A DNA stretch of 64,000 bases from Eledone cirrhosa (taxonomy: Eukaryota), in NCBI GenBank assembly GCA_964016885.1, contig OZ024741.1:311736001-311800000 (forward strand), read 5' to 3'. Below are positions 13,667-27,137 of this stretch, one piece after another (positions within the stretch are counted from its first letter, which is position 1; each line of letters opens with the position of its first letter). The position numbers and the translations under genes are program-made. The notes beneath the pieces are model-generated. The model saw only the letters and a program-made list of their open reading frames with translations. It was not told where the DNA came from and did no database searches.

Positions 13667-13801
13667 CTTGTTGGCAATTGTCACCATCATAACCTGCAGA
13701 ACATCCATCTGAACATGTTCCATTTTGCTTGTCACAGTTACTATTGTCGAGACAATGGCATGTACCATTACAAGCATCGCCAAACTTTCCTTCTGGGCAT
13801 T
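13667..13801 (-). CDS. Internal exon encoding an 8-Cys EGF-like repeat (MEGF10/Draper/SCARF type)
   Basis: tattttcag|AA TGC CCA...CAA CAA G|gtattt. 135 nt, phase 1-1, encoding ECPEGKFGDACNGTCHCLDNSNCDKQNGTCSDGCSAGYDGDNCQQ. Confidence 0.9.
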
Positions 13802-14174
13802 CTGAAAATATCAATATATATGATAATGTTGAAGATATCATTAATTACATACATATATCAATGATACAATTTTATACAAAATTTTAAGATTAAAGTGGTC
13901 TTGTAATAAACATATGAACTTGTTTACTTATTGAATATTATATCGATCCTCTATAAAATATACATGGATTTTTAGTTCAGTTAAATGCAATGTTAAACAC
14001 ATTATGCAAGACACAAACCATACCATAATAAAAATAATCATATCCTACAAAATCTTACCATATTCTAACAGTTCCTACGATATGTATTTGCGACATTCTT
14101 CCATTTAAATACACACATATATATATAAATGCATACACACACACATACATACATACATACATACATACATACAC

Positions 14175-14463
14175 GGTGGCTGCCAACTCGTTTTCGAGTA
14201 CGGCCATTACTTTATATCCATGTAGGAGAACTGCCACCGATGCGCTGAAGGAGTGTGACATTTTAGACCAGCCAGCGACTTGAAAACTCTGGTACAAACA
14301 CTACACTGGTGACAATTATTGACACATAGGGCTGGGCCCATAGTACCATGTGACGACAAGTGCAGAGAGATCTCCAGATATAAAGCAATGCCTGTGCCCT
14401 GAAGCTTTTATAGTGAGAAAAGGCACTGCACAAAGCGAGTCCCACTCTCTTAACCAAGATGAC
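14175..14463 (-). mobile_element. 5'-truncated copy of the RTE-derived element
   Basis: Reverse complement of the 3' half of 11565-12173, flanked by (CATA)n. Confidence 0.65.
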
Positions 14464-14579
14464 ATACATACATACATACATACATACATACATACATACA
14501 TACATACATACATACATACATACGCACATACATACATACATACATACACACATACATACATACATACATACATACATAC

Positions 14580-15085
14580 ATGATGGATGCCCCCTCGTTA
14601 TCGAGTATGGCCATTGCACGATATACCATTATTAATAATAATTAATTAATTCTATCGTGCAATGCCTGTGCGTGAAGATATTTTTTAAAGTGAGGAAAGA
14701 CTGTGCACTGAGCCAATCCCACTCTCTGAGCGACAGTAGCTATAACCCGAAAAGAAGAAAAGATCAACATCATCGGTAACTACTGAGCGGCAGGTTTTAT
14801 ATCGGAGTTATCCCAGTTTCCTGAGTTCGCTTTTCCTATTAGAATGCCCTGAGAAAAGCTAGGGGTCCTTCACTCACAGTGGTTTAACCGCGCGATCGGG
14901 TTACTCTTGAGGGCTACTGGTAACATGTAACCCAGTACAACCTGTCGCGTGGTCGGGTCGTCGGCTACTAAACCGGTAACCCCACCAAGTTTACTTGGGA
15001 AGGAGGGTGATTTTGGACACCCTGCAGGACAAAAAACAAAACATGACAAAGGGCGGAAGGATTCATAAGGGTCAGCGGCCATCTA
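14580..15085. mobile_element. Composite of two RTE-derived fragments in opposite orientation
   Basis: ~14660-14900 is the reverse complement of ~54362-54606. 14905-15085 matches 11580-11755. Confidence 0.6.
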
Positions 15086-15233
15086 AAAGTGTGTAAATAT
15101 GTATATACACATGTACATGTGTGTGTATATGTGTATATGCATGGGTGCATGTGTATGTATATGCGCGGGGACATAGAAATAGTTGGGCTGGACATACATA
15201 CATACATACATACATACATACATACATACATAC

Positions 15234-16280
15234 ATGGTGGCTGCCAACTCGTTTTCAAGTATGGCCACTACTTTATATCCATGTAGGAGAACCCCTACCG
15301 ATGCGCTGAACGTGTGTGACTTTTTAGTCCAGCCAGCGACTTGAAAACTCTGGTACAAACACTACACTTCTGACAATTATTGACACATAGTGCTGGGCCC
15401 ATGGTACCATGTGACGACAAGTGCAGAGAGATCTCCAGATATAAAGCAATGCCTGTGCCGTGAAGCTTTTATAGTGAGCAAAGCCACTGCACAAAGCCAG
15501 TCCCACTCTCTTAACCAAGATGATATTTACGAAAAAGAAGAACAAGTCAACATCATTGGATACCATCAGGGTTGCAGGTGTTATATCAGAGTTTTCCTTC
15601 TCCTAGAATTCTGCCTTGACAAAGGCTAAGGGGTCATCTCTCCAGGTGATTTTGGATGGCCATTGACTCTTAAGAGCTCCTTTGCCCTTTGACAGGTTTT
15701 GTTTTTAGTCCAGCCGGATGTCCAAAGTCACCCTCCTATTCAAGAAACCTTGGTGGGGTTGCCAGTTTAGTCGCCAACGACCCGACCATGAGACAGGTTG
15801 TACTGGGATACATGTTACCAGTAACACCAACTGGTGACCTGATATACATATATGGTGGCTGCCAACTCGTTTTCGAGTACGGACACTACTTTATATCCAT
15901 GTAGGAGAACCCCTACCGATGCGCTGAACGAGTGTGACTTTATAGTCCAGCCAGCGACTTGAAAACTCTGGTACAAACACTACACTTCTGACAATTATTG
16001 ACACATAGTGCTGGGCCCATGGTACCATGTGACGACAAGTGCAGAGAGATCTCCAGATATAAAGCAATGCCTGTGCCGTGAAGCTTTTATAGTGAGCAAA
16101 GCCACTGCACAAAGCCAGTCCCACTCTCCTAACCAAGATGATATTTACGAAAAAGAAGAACAAGTCAACATCATTGGATACCATCAGGGTTGCAGGTGTT
16201 ATATCAGAGTTTTCCTTCTCCTAGAATTCTGCCTTGACAAAGGCTATGGGGTCATCTTTCCCGGTGATTTTGGATGGCCA
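15234..16280 (-). mobile_element. Two tandem copies of the RTE-derived element
   Basis: 15234-15842 (full) and 15852-16280 (truncated) are near-identical. Confidence 0.7.
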
Positions 16281-16306
16281 TACATACATACATACATACA
16301 TACATA

Positions 16307-19300
16307 CTAGACAGTCAACGCGATCAGTCGTATATTTTGGTGTTGGAGACTATTTATTAAATTTAAGATGAATACTATCTCCGACAGTAATGCCACAACT
16401 ACAGTCATGTTGAATAACTGGTTATTCTTCTAACTATCCCTTCTAACTATCCCTTCTGAAGATACCTTTTATTCGAATTCGTAGAGATATCCGATAAATA
16501 CATAATTCATTTTACAAGGTTTTGCTACAAACAGCATGGCTGAAAACAACATCAACAAAAAAACTAAGGAAGTACCGAAGACAAATAACAAGGAAGGTAA
16601 TCAAACTTTATTCAGTTGTAGCTACAGAAGAAATCGAAATTATATATCGCATTTCTCTTGGAGTTGCGAACTTAATAATGATTTATTTAATTGTTATAAA
16701 ATGGGAAAAAACAATCCCTGCCTTGTCTATACGAATAGAATGAAGCTACACTGGGACGAAATGCACCCAGAGCTACATTATTTCAAAGTGAAACAAATAC
16801 GCCAACAAGCGACGTTTGTTGAACGTAAACATAAGATAAATATTATTAATTGTAAGTCCCCAACAACAAACATGTTTTCAATAACACGTGATACAGGTCG
16901 CCATGCTACTAGACTTCCTAACAGCCAGATCGAACAGCGCCTTGAAACAACTTTGCCTGTAAGAAACTTGACACTACCTGTACCATCTAAGTCTACCTCG
17001 AATGCTGGCGAAAACACTATCGATAATAATAATAATCGAATAAATGTGACACAACATCCGAGTCTACCTCAACAGTTGTGGAAAATAATATCGATAATGA
17101 TAATAATCAAGCCCCTTACATGCAAACAAACACAAAAAAAAAACTCATTCCTCACCAACAAAGAGTGAAAAATAAAATAGAGACGATGTTTGGTAACAGT
17201 AGAACATATGGTCCTCGGAACTCTCTGAGCACAATAAAACAGTGGCTCACAATGTGTTTGCTGTACCTGTTCTAACACCAACGTTTGAAATACTCAACTG
17301 GATAATAGACGAAATCCGAGTGAGAACTCGAAAACTACTAAACAAGACCGGAAACTTCCACATCAACAGTGACATAGACCGCCTTTACCCTCATACAAGA
17401 ATTGAAAGCTGTTAGCGAAAAACGCCGTTACCTGAAGAAGGTAGATGAGAGAAAAGTGCTTAATATAAGAGTCAGACGAAACCAAACATCAGTCCATAGA
17501 GATATGAAGGGCAAAATAATAAGTTTCATTGAGGCCCCATCCCAGAAAGACATAGACTCCTTTTGGAGCAAAATATGAAGTGAAAAGAAGAATTTCAACC
17601 AAGATGCAGTGTGGCTAAGAGAAATCCGAAAGAACTATTGCTCCTACACTACAACAAAAACATACGAAATGGGTACCCTTGAGGGTACCCTTGAGACTGT
17701 GATAGAAAAATTCCAAGATAAGAAAACACCAGGAAGAGACATGATTGTCGGGTTCTGGTACAAAAAAACAAATATTCTATCGGTGGTATCTTGAACTTGT
17801 TGGTAGACTTCTACCAACAATTTCTTAAGGGAGATACACTTATACCAGAATGTTTGAGATTAGCACAAACAATACTAGTCCCCAAGAACAAATACACCCA
17901 CCTGGCAAAAATCACCCGACCCATTGCATGCCAGAACCTGATGTATAAGGTGTATACAGCCTGCCTCAAAACCTATTCCTCCAAGATCCCTGTGAAAATA
18001 ATAACATAATCCCAGATGAACTAGCAGCCGGAAAGAAAGGGGTTTTTTTTTGGGGGGGGGGGGGGGGTGTTGAACAATTCCTAATCAACAAAACAGCGAT
18101 GTAAGAGGTGCGACAACTTAGGAGGTATATGGCTACAGTCTGGCTGGACTACAGGAAAGCTTTCGATTCTGCTTCTTCTTCTTGGGCTACTATCCTAAAG
18201 TTAAAGACAGAGATGGAGGCCTCTATTTTCACTGATGAAATAGAACATCACAGAGGTATATTTCAAGAAGACAGTCTGTCTGTGATATTATTTATCCTGT
18301 CATTAAACCATTTGTCTTTTCTGTTCAAGAAATGTGAAGGATACATCATTGGCTCACAGGGGGACAGAAATACGATCCTAACCAATAATTTCTTTGTGGA
18401 AGGTCTGAAACCCTATGCAAAGAACATAGATGGATGAAAACAAATCTTGACCTGATTACAACATTCTCAAAGGATATAGCAATTGAGTTTGGTCAAGATA
18501 AATGTTCATATATGACTGTAAAGTAGGGAAAACAACAACCCAATATAGCAACATTGATATCAATGGCCTAACTGTTTCACCTATATATGATGAGGACTGT
18601 TACAGATACCTGGGGGTAGATGAGAACATATCATATAATGGTATCTATGATAAGGTACGTGTAACCAGGGAATAGTACACCCGATTAAGTAACATATGGT
18701 CCTCGGAATTCTCTGAGCACAATAAAACAGTGGCTCACAATGTGTTTGCTGTACCTGTTCTAACACCAACGTTTGAAATACTCAACTGGATAATAGACGA
18801 AATCCGAGTTAGAACTCGAAAAATACTAAACAAGACCGGAAACTTCCACATCAACAGTGACATAGACCGCCTTTACTTGAAACGTAAGCAGGGAGGCAGT
18901 GGCCTAACATCAGTCCAGACAGAATTTGAATGTCGCATCATATATCCATCCGACAACATCTACCAACATCAAAGCGCAGGAGCCCGTCCCTCGAGCAAGT
19001 CTATCTGCATGAAACAGATAAGATCATGAGAGTTGGGAAGGAACTCCTCGAAAGATATTCCCTGTGTGATAATGAGAAACTCACACTCAGGGAAGTCGCT
19101 AAGCGGTATCGCAGTGAATTCTTGGATGAAAAACTGCATGCTTATCAGCAAAAAATCATGCATGAATATGTTGCCAGGAAGTTCCAGAAGGAGAGTAATA
19201 TAAATAAACAAAGTAATCTATCTGGGACCAACAACCGCTATATTGGCTACCATTTTGAAGGATACGCTTTTGAAATCCAAGAACAGGAAATCAACACGAA

Positions 19301-20171
19301 AAGAGATAGTGAAGCAGGCAAAACACCTAGATGTGATAACAAGTGCAGACTCTGCAGAATTAACATCGAAGATGTCAACCATCTCATAAGCAGCTGTCCA
19401 AAGATGTCATCGCGTTTCTATCTACCTATGAGGCATGACGTAGTGGCAAAAACACTGTAAAATGCAATCCGTAGAAAAGATAGCCCCGATAATGAACACT
19501 TCAAAAGCTACACACAATGTGGACGACATACATATACATTATATGAAAGAGTACTGGTGGAATGTTTCTGTAAAAACCCCAATAAAATGCAGGCATAACA
19601 GACCAGATTTGGGACAGGGAAAAGTAGGCAGGCACAGTAGTGGAAGTTAGCTGCCCAACAGATGCTAATATAATATCAAATATTCGTAAAAAGGAGAATA
19701 TTTATGCAGAAGTAATGAGAAATCTGCTAATACTCCACCCTGATTATACCTTCAGATATATACCTCTGATTATTGGGACACTGGTATATGTTAGTAACTG
19801 CCTCAATTCAAATCTTGAGAAGCTGGGCTTCACAGGAACAGAAATAACACAACTAGTTAGGAAATTACAAGCACAATCCATTAAAAGAACAATAAAAATA
19901 TGTAAAACATTCCAAAAACTTTGAATTTAATAACGGCATGCACGCATGTACAGACACAAAGCCTATAGACATGCACACACATACAACTCAAAACATACAC
20001 ATCCACACATACAATAACGTCCATACTTACACATGCATGCATGCATGCAGACATGCATACATATTTACCTAGTTGATGATGTGTAAATTCCAATGAGAGA
20101 GTCTTGTAACTATGTTAGAAACCGCCTCTCTCTCTATTGGCAAACATTTGTGAAATTATAAAACCAGAAGA

Positions 20172-20178
<7 letters not shown>
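16307..20178 (+). mobile_element. Near full-length degenerate R4/Dong-like RLE retrotransposon
   Basis: RT motifs (KKTPGRDMI, RPIACQN, WLDYRKAFDS, RGIFQEDSLS), CRLC..HLISSC finger and RPD endonuclease motif. Many frameshifts. (CATA)n at both ends. Confidence 0.9.
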
Positions 20179-20213
<35 letters not shown>

Positions 20214-20404
20214 ATACTATAATAAAGTATGGCTGTGGGACTGCGTACGGTTTGAAATATGCAAGAACCTTGATTATATATATATATGTATATGGTTGCG
20301 TGCGTGCGTGTGATTAGATGTACATGTATGTATATATATGTGCTTCTTGTGTATGTATGCGCTATTTGTATGTATGTACGCATGTATGTGCTTCCGTCTG
20401 TACG

Positions 20405-20445
<41 letters not shown>

Positions 20446-21059
20446 GTGTGCGTACGAACCTCTGTATGTTTTCTACTTTTTATCTATTTTTTCTAGTGTT
20501 ACTTTATAATAACCCCTCCCTCTTACTTTCTCTTTGATTTAATTTCTTTATTCTCATATATTTTTTCATTTTCATATTTATATTCTTATATCTGCATCGA
20601 CCTTCAGCCTGACACTGCTTTGACTGTTACACTCCCTTCCCTGTATATATCACATACATGTTTGTGGTCGCGCGTGTGTGTGTGTTTATACGCGTGCTTT
20701 CATACTTCTATGTGTATATATTTCAATCCTTAGTCCCTGAGTCTGTATGTACGCTAACACTATTATCTTACAATTTCTTTTTTCAACCTATATTATATAC
20801 GTATTTGTGGTGACACATACACTGATATGTTTGCTCTCATGTGTGTACTTACGCACACATTTTTTCACTATACACATGCATTTGTACATACACACATATG
20901 TACATTTGTAAGTGCATATACACACATTTATACACATACCCTTACTATATTTCCTTATTTAATGCTTATATATCTCTTGCATTACTTTTATTTATATATT
21001 TTTTTAACTTTTGCCTTTCTTGAGGAAATTTTTCAAATATTTCACTCTGTTTTAAATTG

Positions 21060-21127
21060 CCTTGTCTGACGAACGAATAAGGACGTTTCTTGTATTCGTC
21101 TTATTCCGGAAACCTCTGGGAATAAGG
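21060..21127 (+). ncRNA. Decayed type I hammerhead
   Basis: CCTTGT-CTGACGA-[GAATAAGgACG..CGTCTTATTC]-GAAA-CCtctGG-GA-ATAAGG. The cleavage triplet is GGA, so it is probably inactive. Confidence 0.6.
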
Positions 21128-21283
21128 TAATTATATTGTATTGTTTATTAAACATTAAATTTAGCTTTGTAACTTACATAGAGCACTCTTCACTCCTATG
21201 ACTTTTTTAATATTCAAAGGAAACTTCCATACATATATATATATATATTGTTATACTTTGGGAGGGTCATGTTGCAAGAAACG

Positions 21284-21372
<89 letters not shown>

Positions 21373-21589
21373 TAGTGGGAGAGAGAGAGAGAAACAGATA
21401 AACACACATACATACCGACTACTACGGGTATTAACTCCACGTCAACTATTATTGTGGACAGCTACGTTATGTTGGAGGATCAGGTGACAACATGACAGTA
21501 TTAATGAAAATGAGAATAATATTTGAGGACAGACAAGTAATTAAATTATTCAATAAGTGACTAAATTAATAAATGAGTTATTATCTTAC

Positions 21590-21653
21590 CATCTGCTAAA
21601 GTTGACTGCCATGTTAATAATATAATAAATCCAACAATAGACGGGCGGGACAT
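21590..21653 (-). CDS. Putative first coding exon, signal peptide
   Basis: ATG...MSRPSIVGFIILLTWQSTLAD G|gtaaga. Hydrophobic core, T-L-A cleavage context, and a phase-1 donor in frame with the EGF exon. Confidence 0.7.
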
Positions 21654-21859
21654 TGCAAGCCGAGTTAAATTATAAATCGAAAGTGAGTAAATCTCCGAAA
21701 ATTTTTTCTCAGTGGCGTTCCTTACGACGATGCTAACGGAAGTATCGTTAGCGTTCAGTGTCACGAGACGAAGTGTGCACCCTTTGTGATAAACTTCAGT
21801 AGATTACTCTTGTTCTATCCCACTGTATAACTTGCTTGCGTTTTTATTACTTTACTATT

Positions 21860-24800
21860 ATTTTAGACTAACCGTTTAATAGTAAAAAGATTAAATAAAA
21901 GAAAAAGAGAGTTTATATGTCTTAATCCGTATAGTGAGCAAATGGGGTCCCACATGCTAGACTCCCCACAGACCCGGCGGACAGAATGGAGAAGGCGTTT
22001 CCCCGGAGGAGGGTAATGGAGATGCGCTGGAAGAGCCATTCCAACTCGCGAGGTACACACCTGCGGTTGGCCAGTGCAGCGCTTATGGCGGTGAATAGAA
22101 AGATAACCCTAGGGCCAAGGTCACCAGAAGTCTCCTTTGTCGGAGAGTTACCGGTACTTGGAGAGTTTGGCCTCCTCAGACCAACGTGCAGCAGCACCTG
22201 GGTTAGTCGCAGACTGCACCAAGTTGCGGCTGGAGAAAGTGTGGCTGCAAGTGACATCCCACACAAGGTGTTTTGCCACCGTGGAACAGGAAGATGGTCA
22301 TACCGTCTGGCCTTTTTCTGCCCTCTTGGTCCAGCCCCACCGGCTGGGAACGAAGCCTGCAGCGTCCAAGCCATGCTTTATGAACTCGTTGAGGCAGCAT
22401 GGCGGGGAAATTGGCCGGCACTGTGGCGACACGAAAGCGGGTGGGGACCGAAAGAGTCCACGTTGGATCCACATCAGCATTTATGTGGCTTGCAGATCGA
22501 TCCGGAGTTCAACCCTCAAAGAAACGCCGATGCGCAGGCTATCGCTATCCAGTTGCGTACCAGTGGAGAAAGGAGGGCAAGGCATGGAGCCAGAGACCAA
22601 TGTGGGTTTTGGAGGCCGCGCGAAAACAGGCGAGGCGGTACTGGTCGAGTTGGCGCGTGAGCTGTCTGAGGCCAGGCTGCACAGGATGGTATCCCAAATG
22701 CCTCTTTTAGACTTGATATAATCAGGGGAAGGAGGAGGGGCATCTACTGGTCTAAGTCCCAGCCGGTCCCATGTCTCACAGGCGGACTCACGTTCCTTGA
22801 TCAGAGAGGGTTCCAAAATGTTTTGTAGAACCCTGTTCACGATGTTGCAGCATGAGGTTACCGATGAAAGAAACGCCGGCAAAGACAGCGAGATCAGGGA
22901 CTGGAGGCCAAGGCCGCCATATCTGACAGGAAAAGGGGCCTGTTGCCATCCAATATCGTCAAACCTGACGTTGCATATCTCCTCGGCTGCCGCTCAGATT
23001 CAAGTATCGAGGTCAGCGAGGAGAGATGCGTGGCTGTAGCACGGAGCGCTGCGAAGGGTGTAGAGGAACGTCGGCATGGCGAAGCAGTTCCTCAACAGGA
23101 AGAGAGCTGCGTGGCCGTTGATCAAGCCCAGTCGGCTCGTAAGGGTCTGGAGATGTTGGAGCCTGGACCTGATAGTGGAGCGGATGGCCGGCGAGTGTAT
23201 CGGTGACCTGAGGATGAGGACATCCTCTTTGGGGGTCTCCTGTACCTGGTGGAGAATGGACGCCCGAGAGCGCGCCTGCAAAGCTCTCAGCATCATGGTT
23301 GACATTTACCACCTCCGACTTGGATGAGTTGATCTGGAGGCCGATTCTCCCAGGGCAGGAACCACCGATTGAATGTGATGGCAGACAGTCTCCACGGCCC
23401 GCCCTGCGTAGCATCATCCAGGTACAAAACGTTGAGAGGGGCGGGAATACTACGGGCAATATGGTCTATACCAAGGGCAAAAGGAGGGGGGCCAAGGGGT
23501 CACCCTGTTGGCCCCTGTGGCCGAAATTTTGACCGTATCAGCAGCAAGGAGCATGCTCTGGGATCCATATGACATCTAGGCCAGCGAGTAGCCGGAGAGG
23601 GCTCGGCTGAGACAGGCACCGAGCAGAAGGTCCCAGCGAATGCATATAAAAGGCATTCTTCATGTCAAGCTTAACAATGAGGTGCCTGGAATCCCTGGAT
23701 GCCGGTTCCGGTGGGCAGCTGTTGAAGAACTGCCTCGTTGCATATGGGCCCCCTCACAACCACCGGACACGCCGATACCCAGTTGTAACTGACTGAACTC
23801 CTCATCCAGTTCAGGTGCTATGGACCTGCAGACCACTTTAGCAGCCAGCTTCCAGAAGACGTTTCCCACAGCGAAGGGGCTTATTCCACTCTCTTTCTTC
23901 CTGAGAATTGTCAGGCTAGCCGAAAAAAGAGGCCTCAGGCGTGTGGATTCAGGGCACCTAATGGTAAGTGCCACAATTGCACTCAAAAGGCGGCGCCCAG
24001 CTTCAGCCGAGAGAGGGGATAGCAACATCTTCAGGTGGCCAGGTCGGAGACCATCATCACCTCCACTGCTGCTGCTGTTATCTAGGAAGGACTTGATAGC
24101 AGACAGGATATCTGCGTCGGAAGCGACAAGGAGCAGATGGGGATCATGTGAGGGTATGGGAAGGAGGTCAGCGGGTGGTTCAGGGTGCTCGAGTCGCAGT
24201 GCAGCCAGGACCTCCTCGGTGGATTGCCATCTGAGGCAACCATTCTGACTGCGGCCAAGACATCACCCATGATTAGTTTAGAGTTGACGCCGTTACGCCA
24301 AAGCTTGGCGCTGGCCTCAGGGCTGGAGGATTGGAGGAACCCGACAGCAGGGGTGTGGTGTCCTTCGGCACGCTTGGTATGGGCGCTTGTCCAAAGTACA
24401 AAACATTGGCCTTGACAAAGTCTGTTGCCAGCAGGCCGCCTCGGTCTGCGCCAGACCTGGGGAGGCCGAGGGTGAGTGGGGCGAAATAGAAGAAGCGCTC
24501 CCAGTCACTGGCTTCATTGGAGTCCAGGACACTCTCAATCGAGGAAGCGAGGGCATCGTCTATCAGCACCCGGGCCACTCTCGGGATCCTGAGCGGAATC
24601 TTCCTGAGCCGCTTGAGCCGAGCGATTTTGACCTGTCTCATCTGGTGTTGTGCCAGGCGGTCATGGCTGTGCAGTCGAGCGAAAGAGACAGTTTCCGCAT
24701 CTCCACGCTGCGAGAGCACTGGTAGCTCGACACGTCAAGTCAACACAGGTGAGGTAGTGGAAGCAGCCCCACCCCGAACAGTTCCGGCCCCTCATCGGTC

Positions 24801-24945
24801 TGTTCGTTGTGCTGCAATTGAAGCAGGTGTTGACTGGTGGGTTTGGAGGATGGGACGTTGGCCGGGGACTGGGGTACCAAGCGGAATCAGGGGTGAGTGG
24901 CTGGTTGTCACCAGCCTAGTTCCTAGGCACAACTGTGTGTGAGTG
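21860..24945 (-). mobile_element. CRE-clade-like non-LTR retrotransposon (RT + RLE), frameshifted
   Basis: GLRPGHL, KKESGISPFAVGNVFWKLAAK, QLGIGVSGGCE, LLRNCFAMP, RKRPDGMTIF and RISITLLRGNA in successive frames. GC-rich block. Confidence 0.8.
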
Positions 24946-25398
24946 GAATGGAAAGTGTTGGTATGAGTCAGGCCTCATAGCTCACCTACATCAGATATGG
25001 AGGGGACAGAAGAGAACATAGAAGAGAAAGGGGTGCATGGAAGGGGACACATAAGAAAGTAGAAAGTTAGCAAATAAATAAATGAATGAATGGATAAATG
25101 TACAAAAAGAAAACAAGGGGAAGGGGTTGTTCTCAGCGGAAATATTGTTATTGTCACTGATGCTGGAGTTGGCTTCTTCTTGTTAATGGTAGTGCTAGTT
25201 GATACTGCTCCCTATTTCGGCTGCCAGGCTGGCTGCTGAGTTTCGAATGCCTTCTTTCACCGAAGATGTGGTTGATTGTTATTGTCACTGTTGCTGTCGT
25301 TGCCTTTCTCTTGTTAATGGTAGTGGTAGTTGTTGGTGTTACCTATTTCGGCTGTCAAGCTGGCTGCTGAATCAGATTCTAGATTTAGTATTATGAAT

Positions 25399-25429
<31 letters not shown>

Positions 25430-25639
25430 TGATACAGAATGGGAAGAGAAATAATCCTGGAAATTTTAGTTCTGTCGTGGCAGATGAAACCGAGAGGAAG
25501 AAAGTGTAGAGATGTATTTTCCTGACATGTCCCGAAAAGATCCTAAACGACTTATTTCTGGTAAAGGCGCACACATATTAGACGGTGCTGTTCCACTAAA
25601 CATAATTACAATATTTTGTTGTTGTTTCTTCGCTCAACT

Positions 25640-27060
25640 TCTAACACTGGAGATGTATTATCATGTTAGCTGTCCACTACTAGTGAACTGATGTAACACC
25701 CCTTATTGTTCGAGTACCCTCCGGGTTATTCGAGCTGTTCCAAGCAATGTTGTGTTTTCTAAGCGTTCCATCAGTATTGCATTCCCTATTTCTTTAATGC
25801 AGTTCTCAATATATTTACTCCATGTGCCCAAACCTCCAACTATTATTGGTATTACCATCACTTTTTTCAGTGACCTCTACCGCCTATCCTCCTATGCAAA
25901 CCTGTCATATCTATGAATTTTTTCCCTTCTTTACCGCATACCTTTTAATCAGCTGGACAAGCTATATATATGATCCAACACTCTTTGCTTTCTGTCTCAA
26001 TTAATACAATATCTGGTCTTCTGTGATCAATCTCATGGTCACGCTGTATCACAAAGTCACACAGAAACTATGCATTATTGATTTCAATAACGCCCTCATA
26101 GTTATGTTCCTACCGAATTGTTACTCTGTCAAGTGCATATTTGTATCAACGTGCTCATCTACCTTCCATGCTATGTTGTCTTGACGTCTTTTATATTCTT
26201 TCTCAAATAGGGGTCCACAATGACTGGTGATATTTCAGACAGTTTCTCTATTAATGCCACAACTTCTACACTTAAAACTTTCTGTTGTGTGGTCTACTCT
26301 ATGCTTGATGTAGTTAGTTCTTAGTGCTTGTTCTTGAACAGCACAGATTAAGGATGCGGTTTCCGGTTTTAGATCACTTTAAGACATCCATAACTACCTT
26401 GTTTCCTCTGGCTGTTCTATATTCAACATGCCTATGGAATTTTCCACATATTCGTTTTTTTGTCCATTTATTTTCAGTGACATCCACCCTCAAATGCTTG
26501 TACTGTGTTTTTTTCTTTGGAAACTTCTATTTTGCACAGCTGTTCTGTGAAATTTTTTATGTACCAAGCCATGATAATTTCTTCTGATTTAATGCTGCTT
26601 TGGCACCCCGTCAGTCCTCATCTTCTTCTTTCTTTTGGTATATATAATCTGTCTATGTCACTCTTTGGGTGAAGTACCCCATATCTAGTCAATATCCTTC
26701 TTGTCTACCGTTCTATATAGTTAACATGATCTGCCTTGCCCATATCTAAGGAGTGATATAGTCTGTGCACCTATTACACCCTAATTTATTCTTTAATTCC
26801 CTCCTGCATTATTTTATCAACTTCCAATATCCATACGTTCTAATAACCTTCATCTTGTATTTGCTTCACAACCTTTCAAGATGCACGTCGTACATTGATT
26901 CTGCAATTATTCCAGTCAATAATTTCCACATACAGGTAGGCATGTTGTCCGTCTGCAATTGTCCACCACATTTCCTTTAGTGAAATATCTATGCAGAAAT
27001 GTGTCCCTGGTTCTATCAGCCACTCCGGTATCACTTGATCAGTATTTAGCTATATGATAA
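25640..27060 (-). mobile_element. Old R4/Dong-like 3' fragment
   Basis: The minus strand reads approximately LCDFVIQRD.EIDHRRPDIV at ~26000-26070, with zinc-finger remnants. No long ORF. Confidence 0.55.
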
Positions 27061-27137
27061 GTTGTTCAGTTATTCGTTCATGGCTTTGACAAAATCTTTT
27101 GACCCAGTAGCTTCGAACTCCATCTAGACCAGGACAC

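Noticed and set aside
14059-14110. Possible extra exon ending TATG|gtaaga upstream of the EGF exon
   Set aside because: The donor is good, but the phase-1 frame has a stop and there is no pyrimidine-rich acceptor. A 6-nt microexon is possible but unsupported.
16456-16500. CTGAAGA plus hairpin in the R4-like 5' UTR
   Set aside because: No GAAA, stem III or stem I can be formed.
21425-21490. Twister-like taactcc...ggagga motif
   Set aside because: It lacks the conserved central twister residues and the second pseudoknot.
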